DNA of 63,645 nt, counting the filler, from Chrysochromulina tobinii (Eukaryota): assembly GCA_001275005.1 (NCBI GenBank). It is 7 parts of 7 records of this genome, joined end to end, with 100 filler letters (N's around TTAATTAATTAA, not from the genome) between each part and the next. Parts side by side here need not be neighbours in the genome. Positions count along the whole stretch, not along the records: positions 23,269 to 39,916 come from JWZX01000594.1; positions 40,017 to 48,737 come from JWZX01000596.1; 5 more parts are not named here. One strand, given 5' to 3'. Every line of letters begins with the position of its first letter. Within the stretch, counting starts at the first letter, position 1. The notes under the pieces are model-generated. The model was given only the letters and a program-made list of their open reading frames with translations. It made no database searches and was not told where the DNA came from. The translations under genes and the position numbers were made by a program. Of this stretch, positions 34,664 through 45,613 are shown piece after piece.

Positions 34664-36211
34664 TCAAAGCCTCGACGGCACAGAAAATATGGGTAGAGGA
34701 GGGGCACTTGCGCGCATGGCAGAGAGTGTGGAAACGCTCCGCCCCGGCGCAGCGGCCCCGACAGTGTCCGAGTCCATGCCCGCCACAGCAGCGCTCGTTC
34801 TCAGTCTGGCGGATGACGCTCCGTGAGGAGGGTCCTCATCAGTAGAGTGCTCCTGCTTCGCAAAGGCGTGCGCCGCCTCCGCCGCGCGAGTTTCGAGGTG
34901 ATGCAGGAAATGGACGAGCAGACGATCTGTCCACGTGTGCTCCAGAGGCGAGAGGCCAGCCGTGTAGCCCATGTGCCCACCATGGCGCGTGACCGCTGTG
35001 AAGAGGAACGGGTTGGCCGCCATCACGTCGAGCGGCATCGCCGACACGGGGCAGATCGGATCGTCCTCGGAGTGAACGATGAGCGTCGGGCGCCGAATCG
35101 CTCCCAGCCATGGCCTCGCCGACGAGACTTCCCAATACTCTTCCTTGCCCGCGAGCCCCCACGTTGGGCCGTACACGCAGTCGTCGAGGCCCTGGTGCTT
35201 GCCGAGCGCGGGCAGCACGTCGTGCCAAAAGGAGCACGCGCGCGGGCCTTGCGCGAGCGCGTCCCGGTGGCGGAAGAGGTACGCGAGGAGCGGACCCATG
35301 ATGATCGGCAGGTACATACTGTTGATCAGCTTGCTGCCCATGTGCTCGTAGTTTTTGGCCAGGTCGACGAGCGGCGAGACCGCCATCGCGCCCGCGAGCT
35401 CGCATGCCTCGCCCGCCTCGCCCATGTGCCGCAGCAGCATGCCGCCGCCCATGGACCAGCCGACGCCAATGATCGGGGAGCTCGGCAGCCTGGCGCGCAG
35501 ATGCGTGAGGATGCTGCCCACGTCGCCGAAAGCCGCGGCGCTGTACGGCTTGGGCGTCCCCGTGACGCTGCGCAGCTCCTGCCCGCCCAGGCCGCGCCAG
35601 TCCACCGCCGCCACATGCCCGAGTCCCTGGCGGTGCAGCAGATCGCTCAGGTGCATAATGTAACCCATGTCGCTCGGGTTGTTGATCCCGGGGAAGCAGA
35701 TGATGACTCGCTGCCCATCGAGCGGCTCCGACGACCAGCTGAGAGCAACTGTGCCGCCGTCGGGCAGCGTCACTACCTCCTGCCGAACGCGCGACGCGCG
35801 CTTTGGCAGCTTGACGTACCCAAAGAAGCCAGCGGTGTGTGCATTCCACGCCAGTATGTTTGGGACGTACGTGCGCAGCAGCATTGGAATGTCGCGTAGG
35901 AGGGCCTCATTCTCGGGCGTGGGCGAGTAATGCAGCGTCGGCGGGCGCATGCGTTTGATCCATGCTGCAAAGAGAGCTGCGGTGGCCAGCGCGCCGATAG
36001 TTCCAGAGGCAAACGCCGTTGCCAGCAAAGCAAGGAGGGAGTCCGGCTCGGCGTTCGGATTGCCGGTGAAGAATAGGCTCGACTGACGTCGAAAGAAGGC
36101 AGGGCGCTCAGTTCCAGCTGGCTGCACACGCGGCGCGGCCGGGCCGCCGCGCCGCCGGGCTTCGGCAGCTTCTTCGCAAGCGCGGAGGCCGGGCGTGAGG
36201 GGTGCAGGCAT
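34664..36211 (-). CDS. Alpha/beta hydrolase, ABHD1/3-YheT family
   Basis: PDGGTVALSW, DWRGLGG, nucleophile GWSMGG, HSEDDPI, GGHMGY. Confidence 0.88.
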   Translation of the reverse strand: MPAPLTPGLRACEEAAEARRRGGPAAPRVQPAGTERPAFFRRQSSLFFTGNPNAEPDSLLALLATAFASGTIGALATAALFAAWIKRMRPPTLHYSPTPENEALLRDIPMLLRTYVPNILAWNAHTAGFFGYVKLPKRASRVRQEVVTLPDGGTVALSWSSEPLDGQRVIICFPGINNPSDMGYIMHLSDLLHRQGLGHVAAVDWRGLGGQELRSVTGTPKPYSAAAFGDVGSILTHLRARLPSSPIIGVGWSMGGGMLLRHMGEAGEACELAGAMAVSPLVDLAKNYEHMGSKLINSMYLPIIMGPLLAYLFRHRDALAQGPRACSFWHDVLPALGKHQGLDDCVYGPTWGLAGKEEYWEVSSARPWLGAIRRPTLIVHSEDDPICPVSAMPLDVMAANPFLFTAVTRHGGHMGYTAGLSPLEHTWTDRLLVHFLHHLETRAAEAAHAFAKQEHSTDEDPPHGASSARLRTSAAVAGMDSDTVGAAAPGRSVSTLSAMRASAPPLPIFSVPSRL

Positions 36212-36271
36212 ATGCGCGTTTGCGCTCGTGTTACACTCGAGAGAGAAGGACCCACCGCGAGTGTACGAAGA

Positions 36272-36304
36272 CAAGTCAAGTCAAGTCAAGTTCAAGTTCA
36301 AGTT
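36272..36304. promoter_or_regulatory. (TCAAG)n motif in short divergent intergenic region; also at ~1867, ~17059, ~45463 and a TTCAAG variant at ~53868-53938
   Basis: Seen within ~50-200 nt upstream of predicted start codons in five places; regulatory role is inference. Confidence 0.45.
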
Positions 36305-36415
36305 GGATTGTCCCGTTTTACATACAGATGCTTACCGTTCCATAAGAGAGCAGAAAAGGCGAGCGTGCTGCACGAGCGTGCCACGGTCGGAAGCTTGCCT
36401 TCTCGCTCGGGATCG

Positions 36416-38167
36416 ATGGGTTCTGCTCGCTCGGGATTGATGGGTTCAGCTCGCTCGGGATCGATGGGTTCAGCAAGCACCACAAGTGCCCAGACCTGCT
36501 TGACCTGCTCTCGGCCGGAGTGCGTGGTCTGCTCGGAGAGCGAGGACAGCGTTGTGCTCATTCAATGCGACGAGGGCCACCCGATCTGCCAAGTGTGCCT
36601 CGACAAGTACATTCTCTCGAACGTGAAGAAGCTTCGGGAGACAGACTACCTGCCGGCGAAGGCAGAAACGGCGCAGATCAGTGAAGACGGTGCCACACTC
36701 GCCTTCCTCCGCGGCGCCTGCTCTTGCCCGCTCCGCGGCCACGGCTGTGGCGCGGCGCCATTTGGCGACCGCTTGATCGCGTTGAACGTGAGCGATCTTA
36801 CCTTTGCCGAGTACTCCGAGGGGAAGGCGCTGCTCCCCATCGCGCGCAAGGTGGATCAGGTCGTCCAGGAGGGTTCCGAGCTCGCGCTGCTCATGCCCAA
36901 CGCTCGCATGTGCGCGCGCTGCCACTACGGGCCCGTTGAGCTCGCCGCGGGGAGCTGCAATGATCTGACGATGCACCACGGCGAGGTGCGGGCGCCCGGG
37001 AGGGCGCCAGTGAGTAACGCGTGCCCAAACTGTGGCTGGTTCGCGGACACTATCACAGCGTGGCCGAGGTGGGTGCGGCAGACAACGGTCGAGGAGGCCA
37101 CCTGGTCGACGGTGCACGCAGCGCAGGATACCCTGGAACTGGCTCGGGGACGGCGCAGGATACCCACTCTCCCTCAGAGGACGCCATGGACTCCGGTGCC
37201 ATCGCGTCATCGCGCTTCAGCTGAGCCAACTCTCGCCGTCGGCACGCAGGTGACCTATGATCGTTTCAGGGGTTGCACCGTGGCGCTGCTGCACGCGGAC
37301 GGGAGCGTCGACATCAACGTCCCGGGTGTCGGCATCCATTCGCGTGTCGCACGTAGCGCAATCCAAGCAATGTCGGCGGAGGAGGTCGACGAGTTTGGGC
37401 TCTTATCGGCTCGAGATTCTCTGTTCGAAATGATGGGCGGCGTTCTGGATCAGGACATCCCGGAGCATCTGCGGCGGCGTCGAGAGATGCGCGAGAGGCT
37501 TCTTCAGAGGCGTATGGATCGGGGTACACCCAGCTATGACCAACTCCAACCCCCACTGCCGCTCGCTCTGCGGGGTACACCCAGCTATGACCAACTCCAA
37601 CCCCCACTGCCGCTCGCTCTGCCTGCTATTCCCCCAGCAACCCCAGCAAGTGCGCGGCTGGAGGCCGATCTTGCGCGGGCGCGTGCCGAGCGACAGGCTT
37701 TCGAGAGAAGAGTTGGTCCTATGGGTCGGGGGCAGCAAGGGCAGCGCATCGGTGGTCGCGAGGCTGCCGGAGCTCGACCATTCGCTCGGGCCAGTCTCGC
37801 TGCGCTGGCGCAGGCTCTGGCGCAGTCGGCAACCGCCTTCACTCGCAGCCGCCTGCTCCTCCGTGCTCGGCCGGTGGCATCTATTCCAAGGAGCTCGGCA
37901 GTGTCGTCGAGGCAGTTGGACGCCGCCGTCGCCGCTGCGAGACCGGAGGGACGGAGACCGGCGTTGACCCCCACCCAGACAGCAGATCGCGCGCGATCGC
38001 TCGCCCTCCTCGCCCGGCTTACCGGCTTCGAGGTGGGGTCGCAGGCATGCGCGTTCTATCTGGATGAGGCGGGTGGCGACGTGGAGGCCGCCGTGCGCGC
38101 AGCCGTTCAAGGCGCCACTCTGCCTTCACCAAGCTGGTCGTCGCGCGACCCGCAGCTGCAGGCTTGA
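36416..38167 (+). CDS. RING/RBR-like zinc-finger protein with C-terminal UBA-like domain
   Basis: CVVC...CDEGHPICQVC...CPLRGHGC; CARC...GSCNDL..HH...CPNCGW; C-terminal AFYLDEAGGDVEAAV; 51-nt internal duplication at ~37520-37621. Confidence 0.7.
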   Translation: MGSARSGLMGSARSGSMGSASTTSAQTCLTCSRPECVVCSESEDSVVLIQCDEGHPICQVCLDKYILSNVKKLRETDYLPAKAETAQISEDGATLAFLRGACSCPLRGHGCGAAPFGDRLIALNVSDLTFAEYSEGKALLPIARKVDQVVQEGSELALLMPNARMCARCHYGPVELAAGSCNDLTMHHGEVRAPGRAPVSNACPNCGWFADTITAWPRWVRQTTVEEATWSTVHAAQDTLELARGRRRIPTLPQRTPWTPVPSRHRASAEPTLAVGTQVTYDRFRGCTVALLHADGSVDINVPGVGIHSRVARSAIQAMSAEEVDEFGLLSARDSLFEMMGGVLDQDIPEHLRRRREMRERLLQRRMDRGTPSYDQLQPPLPLALRGTPSYDQLQPPLPLALPAIPPATPASARLEADLARARAERQAFERRVGPMGRGQQGQRIGGREAAGARPFARASLAALAQALAQSATAFTRSRLLLRARPVASIPRSSAVSSRQLDAAVAAARPEGRRPALTPTQTADRARSLALLARLTGFEVGSQACAFYLDEAGGDVEAAVRAAVQGATLPSPSWSSRDPQLQA

Positions 38168-38854
38168 GGCGCCCGCTAGCTGCTCTCCTCGCCATGCCCC
38201 TCTTTCTGTAGCTTTGCAGGTTAGCCGCGCCTTGCAAGAGCACGGCGACAAGGGAGCTAACCGGCGCCTTACCGACGCCTGACCGGCGCGCCTGCGAGAC
38301 AGAGCGCTGTGTCGCTCTCTCACGGAGCTGTATGCGGCACACGGCGCGCATGTGGAAATGTGGAGCGCTCCACTGCTCTCAGGATGAGCAAGTGTTGTTC
38401 GATTTGTAAAAGTGTGTGCGTGTGCGTCGTCGTGCGCTGTCCGTTGTGTTAGGGCCTGGTTAGGGCATGATTACTGAGCCGCGCTCAGTTTGGCCCGTCC
38501 CGGGCGTTTCGATTCCGTAAGGCTCTGACTGCGAGGTCCGGGGGTGCCGGTGCGGTTGGAGCCATGGCGCATGGGTTCGGGAGCGGAGCGGTCGGCGTGC
38601 GTGCGAGCTGCGACGGGTCATGGCGGAGGCGCCGCTGCCGGCCGGGTCGGTCTTCTTGAGTGTCGAGTGTTTAACCAATGGCTTTAGAACCTTAAATGTA
38701 CCTGCATGTCCCGATGCATCTCCACTGTAGCCCGCATGGGGGCGCGTGTGCTTTCACATCTCTAGTCACGTCGAAAGTCAAAGTGCCCTAAAATGCAAAC
38801 GCACCCGAATCCTGTAATGCAGCTTCGAGCGATGGGTCCCTGCGAGTGCACAAC

Positions 38855-39235
38855 CTACATCAAGGAGCAGCTGCTGGGCGTCTGCTTGCCTTTGCCCTTC
38901 TTGCCGTCCTCATCCTCATTAGCACCGGTCAAAACTTCCTGCAACTTAATCATGCTTTCTCGCCTGTCCAAAAGTGTCGTTGGCAGCTTCTCGATAGAGT
39001 CGCAGAAGTCTTCAAAATTAATGCCGCTGTTCGCATCCTTATCAGCGCTCACCCAAATATTCTTCAACTCTTTCAACGACAGCTTCACGCCAAACTTCTG
39101 CAAGGCGTCCTTCAGTTCGGTGTAGTCCAATTCGTCGCTACCATCGGTGTCAAGTAGGTCGAAGACCTCACGCAGACGCTTCCGCTGTGGCTCGGTGAAT
39201 TTCCTTTGACCGAGTGGACTAGCTTTCGGTGGCAT
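38855..39235 (-). CDS. Two-EF-hand calmodulin/centrin-like protein with CaaX box
   Basis: DTDGSDELDYTEL and DKDANSGINFEDF loops; ends KKGKGKQTPSSCSLM*. Confidence 0.85.
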   Translation of the reverse strand: MPPKASPLGQRKFTEPQRKRLREVFDLLDTDGSDELDYTELKDALQKFGVKLSLKELKNIWVSADKDANSGINFEDFCDSIEKLPTTLLDRRESMIKLQEVLTGANEDEDGKKGKGKQTPSSCSLM

Positions 39236-40016
39236 TTGTCCGAACAGGGTGGACTCGAGCCCTGTGAGCTCGCGGCGCAGCGGCGTTTGTGCTGTTGGCG
39301 CGGAAACACGGATTTCCTGCTGGCCACTAAACACGTGGCCTAAGTGCGCCCCCCCCTCCGGGGGGGGGGAAACGCCCCCCCCTGAGGTTTCCCAACTTTT
39401 TGTAACCACCACACGGAAGTGAAGCACCCCACAGGACACTTAGGCCACAGGGAAGCGGCGGTGCGATGGGCGCCTTTTTCTCGCGCGAGGAGGTCGAGGC
39501 CGCGGTGGCTCCCACGCCACCGGGCGACAAGATGGTGCCGCCGGAAGCGGGCTACGAGGAGGCCGAGACCGTCGCGCAGCTCACCGGTGCGCGCCATGGC
39601 CTGTCGCCGCGCGCGCTGCCCCGCACTCGGCCGCGCCCCGCACCTCCGTTTTCGAGGAAACACGGGATATGCTGATTGCTCGGGTTCCATGCATTTCCAT
39701 GTCGCGCCCATTGGCCTGTGGCTCTTTTAGAGGGTCCCCGACCACGCCCTGTTGGCCCCGGCTTGTGCCGAGTTGTGCCGTTGGGGCACGATCACCATGG
39801 TTTTGAGCGTTTAGCGCACACCTTTCCTGGCTCCTGATCGTGGCCTGGCGGCGCATGGGCGAGCGTGGGCGCTCCTTTGGCGGCGGCGCGTGCTTCCCTG
39901 GTCCCTGCTCACCCATNNNNNNNNNNNNNNNNNNNNNNNNNNNNNNNNNNNNNNNNNNNNTTAATTAATTAANNNNNNNNNNNNNNNNNNNNNNNNNNNN
40001 NNNNNNNNNNNNNNNN

Positions 40017-41580
40017 GCGAGGGCGAGGGCGGCGGCGGCGAGGGAGAGGGCGGCGGCGGCGAGGGAGAGGGCGAGGGCGGCGGCGGCGAGGGCGGCGGCG
40101 GCGAGGGTGGCACCCGGCACACGGCGCCAAAGCTCCTTGAACAAGGAGCATCGTTCCAGGCCCCATTCTGAACGGTGCCATAGATGAGGGCACAATCCTC
40201 GTCAGCGCCCAGATATGAGTTTGGCTCACCAGGGGCCCAGTTGGAGTAGTCCCATGGAGTGCCGTCGGACCACCTCCAGGTGCCCTCGCTTACCGCGTCA
40301 GTCGCACCGATCCACGCTAAGGTGTTGGATTGAGGGACGAGGGCCAACACAGCGGCATTCTCCGCGGCGCTGTGGATGTTTGCAAGATCGCCGCCGAGAG
40401 CCTGGCACGCTGCGCGCCCAGCCGCCCACGTGCCAAGGGTTGGTACGTAAATGAATGGCGAGGTCGTTTGGCATTCAACGCTCGCCATCCTGTCGAAGCT
40501 GAGGAGGATAGCCAGCCAGACTCTCCATCGAGCACATCCCGGCTGCGACCTTCCTCGCCGACTCCCACGTGCTCCTTGCGAACCGTCTCGCTTCGCGCTC
40601 GAACGCAGTGCTCTGAACAGCCCCACCAACCGTGCGACGAGGCCAGCCATCGCGAAGAAGACCATCGAGAGCAGGCAAGCGAATCGACCCATCTCGCCTT
40701 GGAGAGCGGAGGCCTTCCATCCCGTGGCTGCAGAGTTGGCATGCGTGTGAAAAGTGGCGCCTTTCGGCGGCGGCAGCAAACTCGGCGGGGGCGACGAGGG
40801 GGGGTGCATCGGCGGCGACGGTGGCAAAGGCCGCGGTGGCAAGGGTGCGGACGGTGGCGCCAGCGGCGGAGGGGCCGTTGACTTTGGCGAGGGCGGCGAG
40901 GGCGTGCCGGCCGAGATGCTGCCAGGAGTGGGCGGCATCCTTGGAGGCGATGGAGGCGATAGAGCCACAGGCGGCGACGACGACTGCACCGCGGAGTGCG
41001 ATCCGCAGTTGGCGCCATCGGCGCAGAAGCATGTCTCCAAGCAGATGCCCTTGCCGGGGGGTGAACTAGCGGTCGGCAGCGGTTGGCGCATGCCGCAGTC
41101 GCCGCAGTCGCCGCAGTCGGTGCCGTACTGGCCACCCAGGTACTCGGCGCCCGGGCCGCCGTCGCCGCAGCAGCCATCCGAGGCATGAGCTGGCATTCCG
41201 ATGCGAGTGACAGTGTTGATGCAAAGGGCAGGGGGTGCCGCGGATGCCGGAGGTGTTGACGCGATGGGGCGCGGTGGGCTGGAGACCGGTGGCTGCGGGG
41301 GCGAGCGCGGCATGCGCGGGGCGTAGTCCACGCAGTCGGCGCCGTACGCGCACATCGGCAACTCGGAGCCGGGGCTGTCGCAATAGATGTCCGAGGCGTC
41401 CACGCCCATGTTCATGCAGAGTGAATGGGGAGGAGGCGAGGTGCCGCCGAGAAAGAGCTGATGACTCGCCCGCAGCACGTTTGCCCCAACAAAGCGTGTA
41501 GAGGTTACGCTCTCGCTGCTGGCGACGACGACAAGGGCGACGACGAGCAGGAAGGCTCTGCGCCATGCTCTGCGCATCAT
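40017..41580 (-). CDS. Secreted/membrane Pro-rich protein with C-type lectin domain, 3'-truncated
   Basis: Signal peptide; TWAAGRAACQALGGDLANIHS, AWIGATD...WRWSDG..WDYSNWAPGEPN...WNDAPC; SPPPP repeats. Confidence 0.8.
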
Positions 41581-41702
41581 GCTTGGCGCGAAAACAAAAC
41601 CGGATCGTAAGAAAGAGATGACGCGAGATCATCAACGAGAGATCAAAACCGGCCCCATCGGTCCGGTCTGCTTCGAAAAAAGCTTCCTCTTACATGTAAG
41701 TC

Positions 41703-42154
41703 TCACGCGCAGTGCTGCGCGGCCACCACCCGCTCGCGCACCCGCCTCCGACTCTCGCGCCTGCGCATGGCCTTGAGCACCTGCCGCAGCTTGCTCACGA
41801 TCTGACCACCCTCGGCATCCCAACACCCGAGGCGAGCGGCACGGAATGCTTCGAGGAGCTCCTCCGATGGTCCCTCCTTACCGGTCGTCGCCGCCGCACG
41901 CACGTCCGGCGAGTGGAGCGTCGCTACGGCGGCGCGTGAGCGGCGGCGCTGTCGCTCACTGCGTGCATGCATCCGGCGCTCGCTTTCCCTCACGAGCGCG
42001 GCGGCGGCCGCCGGCGCGCCAAAGTCCGCAATCGCGAGCGCATCTGCGAGCTGCACCGCGTCGAGCAACGCCTGGTTGGCTCCCTGGCCTTTAAATGGCG
42101 ACATTGGGTGCGCGGCATCGCCGATAAGGGTCACGATCGGCAGCCCCGCCGCCG

Positions 42155-42185
<31 letters not shown>

Positions 42186-43919
42186 AACGCCCGCCGCAAC
42201 GCCCGCCGCCGCAACGCCCGTCGCCGCATGCGTCGGCAGCGCTTCCAAAAAGGGAAATGCCGGCAGCGCTTCCAAAAAGGGAAATGCCGGCAGCGCTTCC
42301 AAAAAGGGGTAGCTCTCGCATCGATCGTAGACGGGGTAGGCCGTGATCTGATGCGCCGGCGTACGTCGCAAGAGCGAAGGCACCGGCTCGTGCCATTCCC
42401 CACAGCGCGCACGAATCTCGTCATTGAGCGCCGCCCGGTCACGGCTGTAACGGCAGGCGTCCGTGAGCGAGCAGCGGAAGGAGAGCTGCCAAAAGGTCTG
42501 CTGCGGGCCGAAAGGGATGGCGTACAGGCGCGTCGCGGACTGTGGGGAGATCATCTCGAACGTCTGGGCAGTGCACAGCGGGTGGGTGCCACTCGGTGCG
42601 ATGCCGAGCACGACGATCACCCCAAGATACTCGAGTCGATTGCTCCACACACCCGCATCTCTGCTGTCGCCTGCAGTTACAGCCGTTACGCCTGCCGTTA
42701 CAGCCGTTACGCCTGCCGTTACAGCCGTTACGCCTGCCGTTACACCCGCCTCTCTGCTGTCGCCGTCGGAGGCGTTGGCGTCGTGACGGGCGTTGGCGTC
42801 GTGACGGGCGGAGGCGTCGTGACGGGCGGAGGCGTCGTGACGGGCGGAGGCGTCGTGACGGGCGGAGGCGTTGGCGTCGTGACGGGCGCGGGCGGCGTGC
42901 GTCTGTGCAAGCTCGCGCAGCGTCCGCTCCCGTACGGCACTCCATAGCCCATCGGCGCCCACGAGGACGCGAGCGAGCACGGTGCGGCGCTCGATACGGC
43001 GCTCGTGCGGCTGTTGCGGAGCGGCCGGCTCAGCGCCCGCCACGACGCCACGGAGCTCAGCGCCCGCCACGACGCCACGGAGCTCAGCGCCCTCCGCGGT
43101 CGCGGCCCTTGCTGTTGCTGCCGGCCGCACGAACTCGACTGCCACCCGCCCGTCGGCGCATCGCGCGTGGCCAGCATACTGCCAACCCCACTGCATCAGC
43201 TGCGGGTCGTGATCCATAGAGAGCTTGTCAAGCAGCAGCTCCCGGAGGCGCTGCCGGGGGATGGTGAGGTTGCGATGGCGCTCCCAGTGTGCGCTGTCCG
43301 AAGGTGCCCGCGCGCGCCCAAACTCCTTTGATGAAAAGGCGTTGAGTAGCGCACCGCTGGCCTCGAAGACCCAATGAGCTTCGCTCGGTGTGTCCTCCGC
43401 CCGAGCCGCATCCGCTAGGCCGAGGCGCTCGAGCACCGCGGAGCCTTGCTGCATCGTGAGCCCGTAGCCTTGGTGCCGGGCCGCGAACGTGGCGTCCTTT
43501 TCAAACGCTCGGACGCTCAACTCCCTAGCCTGCGGCTCAGCTCCTGGGAAGCACGCGCTCATCGTGTGGCGGTCGGCGTGGACCTGCTCGTGGTGCTGGA
43601 TCATCCGCCGCGTAATCCCCGGCTCGGCCGTGAGTGGCGACCTACCCGCGCCCTTTCGCACGCCGCCGTCCGGAGGATCTGTGCCGATCAGCGCGCCGCA
43701 CTGCGCACAACGCACAGCGGACTGCAGCAGCGCATTGTTCCGTGAGATGGCGAGTGCCAGGGCTACTCCACCGATGCCGCCACCGACGATGGCCACATCG
43801 ACCGCCTCGGGGCTGGGCGGGACTGTGAGTCGTCGGCGTGCGAGATTCTGCCGAAGACTCGCAGCGATGCCGAGCCGGCCGCCCATGTGCCGTGCACTTT
43901 CATTCGCGCACCATCTCAC
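41703..43919 (-). CDS. FAD-dependent monooxygenase
   Basis: VAIVGGGIGG, RQGYGLTMQQ-like (HQGYGLTMQQG), LVGADGLWSAVR, LIGDAAHPMSPFKGQGANQALLDA. Confidence 0.88.
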
Positions 43920-44067
43920 ATCTCTGAAGAAAAGGTCAGCTCAGGTTTCGTCGAAAAGTTCACTTCTGAGGTGAAAATTAATGAGTTTCCGAGCGTCAAC
44001 GGCCAGCGCGGGATACGAGGATTGCGTCCCACAAATATATCGCCAAATATCTGGTCGATCGTCGTCG

Positions 44068-45387
44068 TCAGCCGCAGCGCGCCACCTCCTCCATAGCAGC
44101 GCGCACCTCCTCTGCGCCTCGCAGGAACGTGAAGGTGAGGCCGAAGGAGACCTCCTCGAGAGGGCCGAGCTGCCTCACGCGGCCCGCCGCTCGTTCCTTG
44201 GCCCGATTGTACGCAAAGTTCGTGCCAGGCTCGAGTCCGGTCACGTAACCGTGGCACTCGTCCAAGTCCGTGTTCTTCCACAGGTTGAACACGGGCAGCG
44301 TGCCCGCTGTGTATCGGAGCCCGACGCCACATGTGCCCGCTGCATCAACGAGGGCCACGCGCACAAATCCGTGGGCATCGGCCTTGGGCGTCACGCAATA
44401 GACCGTCTCGCCGTATCCTTTGGTGGGCCCCTTGAACGTCTTCCAGTCGGCCAGCTCGGCGGCCGCGTCCGCGTTGAAGGGCGTCACGGCCGCATTTGGG
44501 CCGATGACGAAGCGCGTGCCCTGCTGCAGCAGCGGCGCGCCAAAGTTGGTGTGGTAGATCATCTCATACTCCTGCCACGAGCGCCATGTCGAGCACACGA
44601 TTGGAGAGTGGGTGCACCCAGTCGCGCTCAGTCGCACTCAGTCGCACCCAGTCGCACTCAGTCGGCACTCATCAATCGGCGCTCAGTCGGCACTCACCTT
44701 GGGGTAGGAGGCCTTATTCTTGAGCACATCGGAGATTGTGAGCTCGAGCGAGCCGGGGACTGTCGAGACCTCGGTCCACAGCTCAAAGTCGCAGAACTTG
44801 AACATGGCTTCGTCGACGCGGCCGCGCACGCGGATGCGGTGCGGCGGCGCCTCGTCGACGATCACCTCGACCTCCGACGCCGGGAGATTGCCGATGCGGC
44901 CGTGCAGCGTGAGCAGCCGGCCGTCGTCGACGCCGGGGTGGCCGGCGAACGAGACGCCGCACCGCACCAGCCACTCGTTGAAGCCGGTGAGCCAGCCGAG
45001 CCCCGAAAAGTCTTGCAGGTCGACGGCGCGCGGATGCACCGCCTCGCGCACGGGCGACTGCCAGCCAAGCGGCGTGCCGCCGATGCTTACGCGGCCGATG
45101 GACATGCCGCGCGTCGGAAGCACCGTAAACGTCAGCGGGCCGCTCTGCACCTCGATCTCGTCGACGCCCTCCTGCCGGCCACCGTGCAGCGTCCGCTTGG
45201 TGACCGCCCAATTCTCGCCCTTTGCCGCCCATGCCTCGGTCCGAAAGTTCTCGGCGACAGAGGTGAGCGTCACGCGGTGGCCGATTTTGGCGTTCTCGCT
45301 GTCGGCTCGTCGCGAGGAGGTGAACGCGAGCGACGCGGACGCGACGGCGCCGCCCGCGGCGAGGCACACGCGTCGACTCGTCATCAT
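44068..45387 (-). CDS. DUF4432 / aldose-1-epimerase-fold protein; exons 45387-44698 and 44571-44068
   Basis: GGRQEGV, VLPTRGMSI, LGWQSPV, GLGWLTGFNEWLVRCG, LHGRI, YHTNFG, GYVTGLEPGT; GT-AG intron 44697-44572 with GCGACTGAGT repeats. Confidence 0.85.
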
Positions 45388-45613
45388 CCCAGGTGGCCCC
45401 CCCTGCGGCGATCGCACGCACGAGCGTCGGCCACTTGGACGTGCGACGGCTTTCCCTCGTGGCAAGTCAAGTCAAGTCAAGTCTGGGTGTCAAGTCAAGT
45501 CAATATGCCCGACGGATCTCGCGAGACAAGCTCGGTAGTGCGCGCCGCAAGCGGTTCCGCCACGTTCGTGCACGGACCTTTCTGGCGTGATTTCCATTCA
45601 CAGAACGGTCGCG

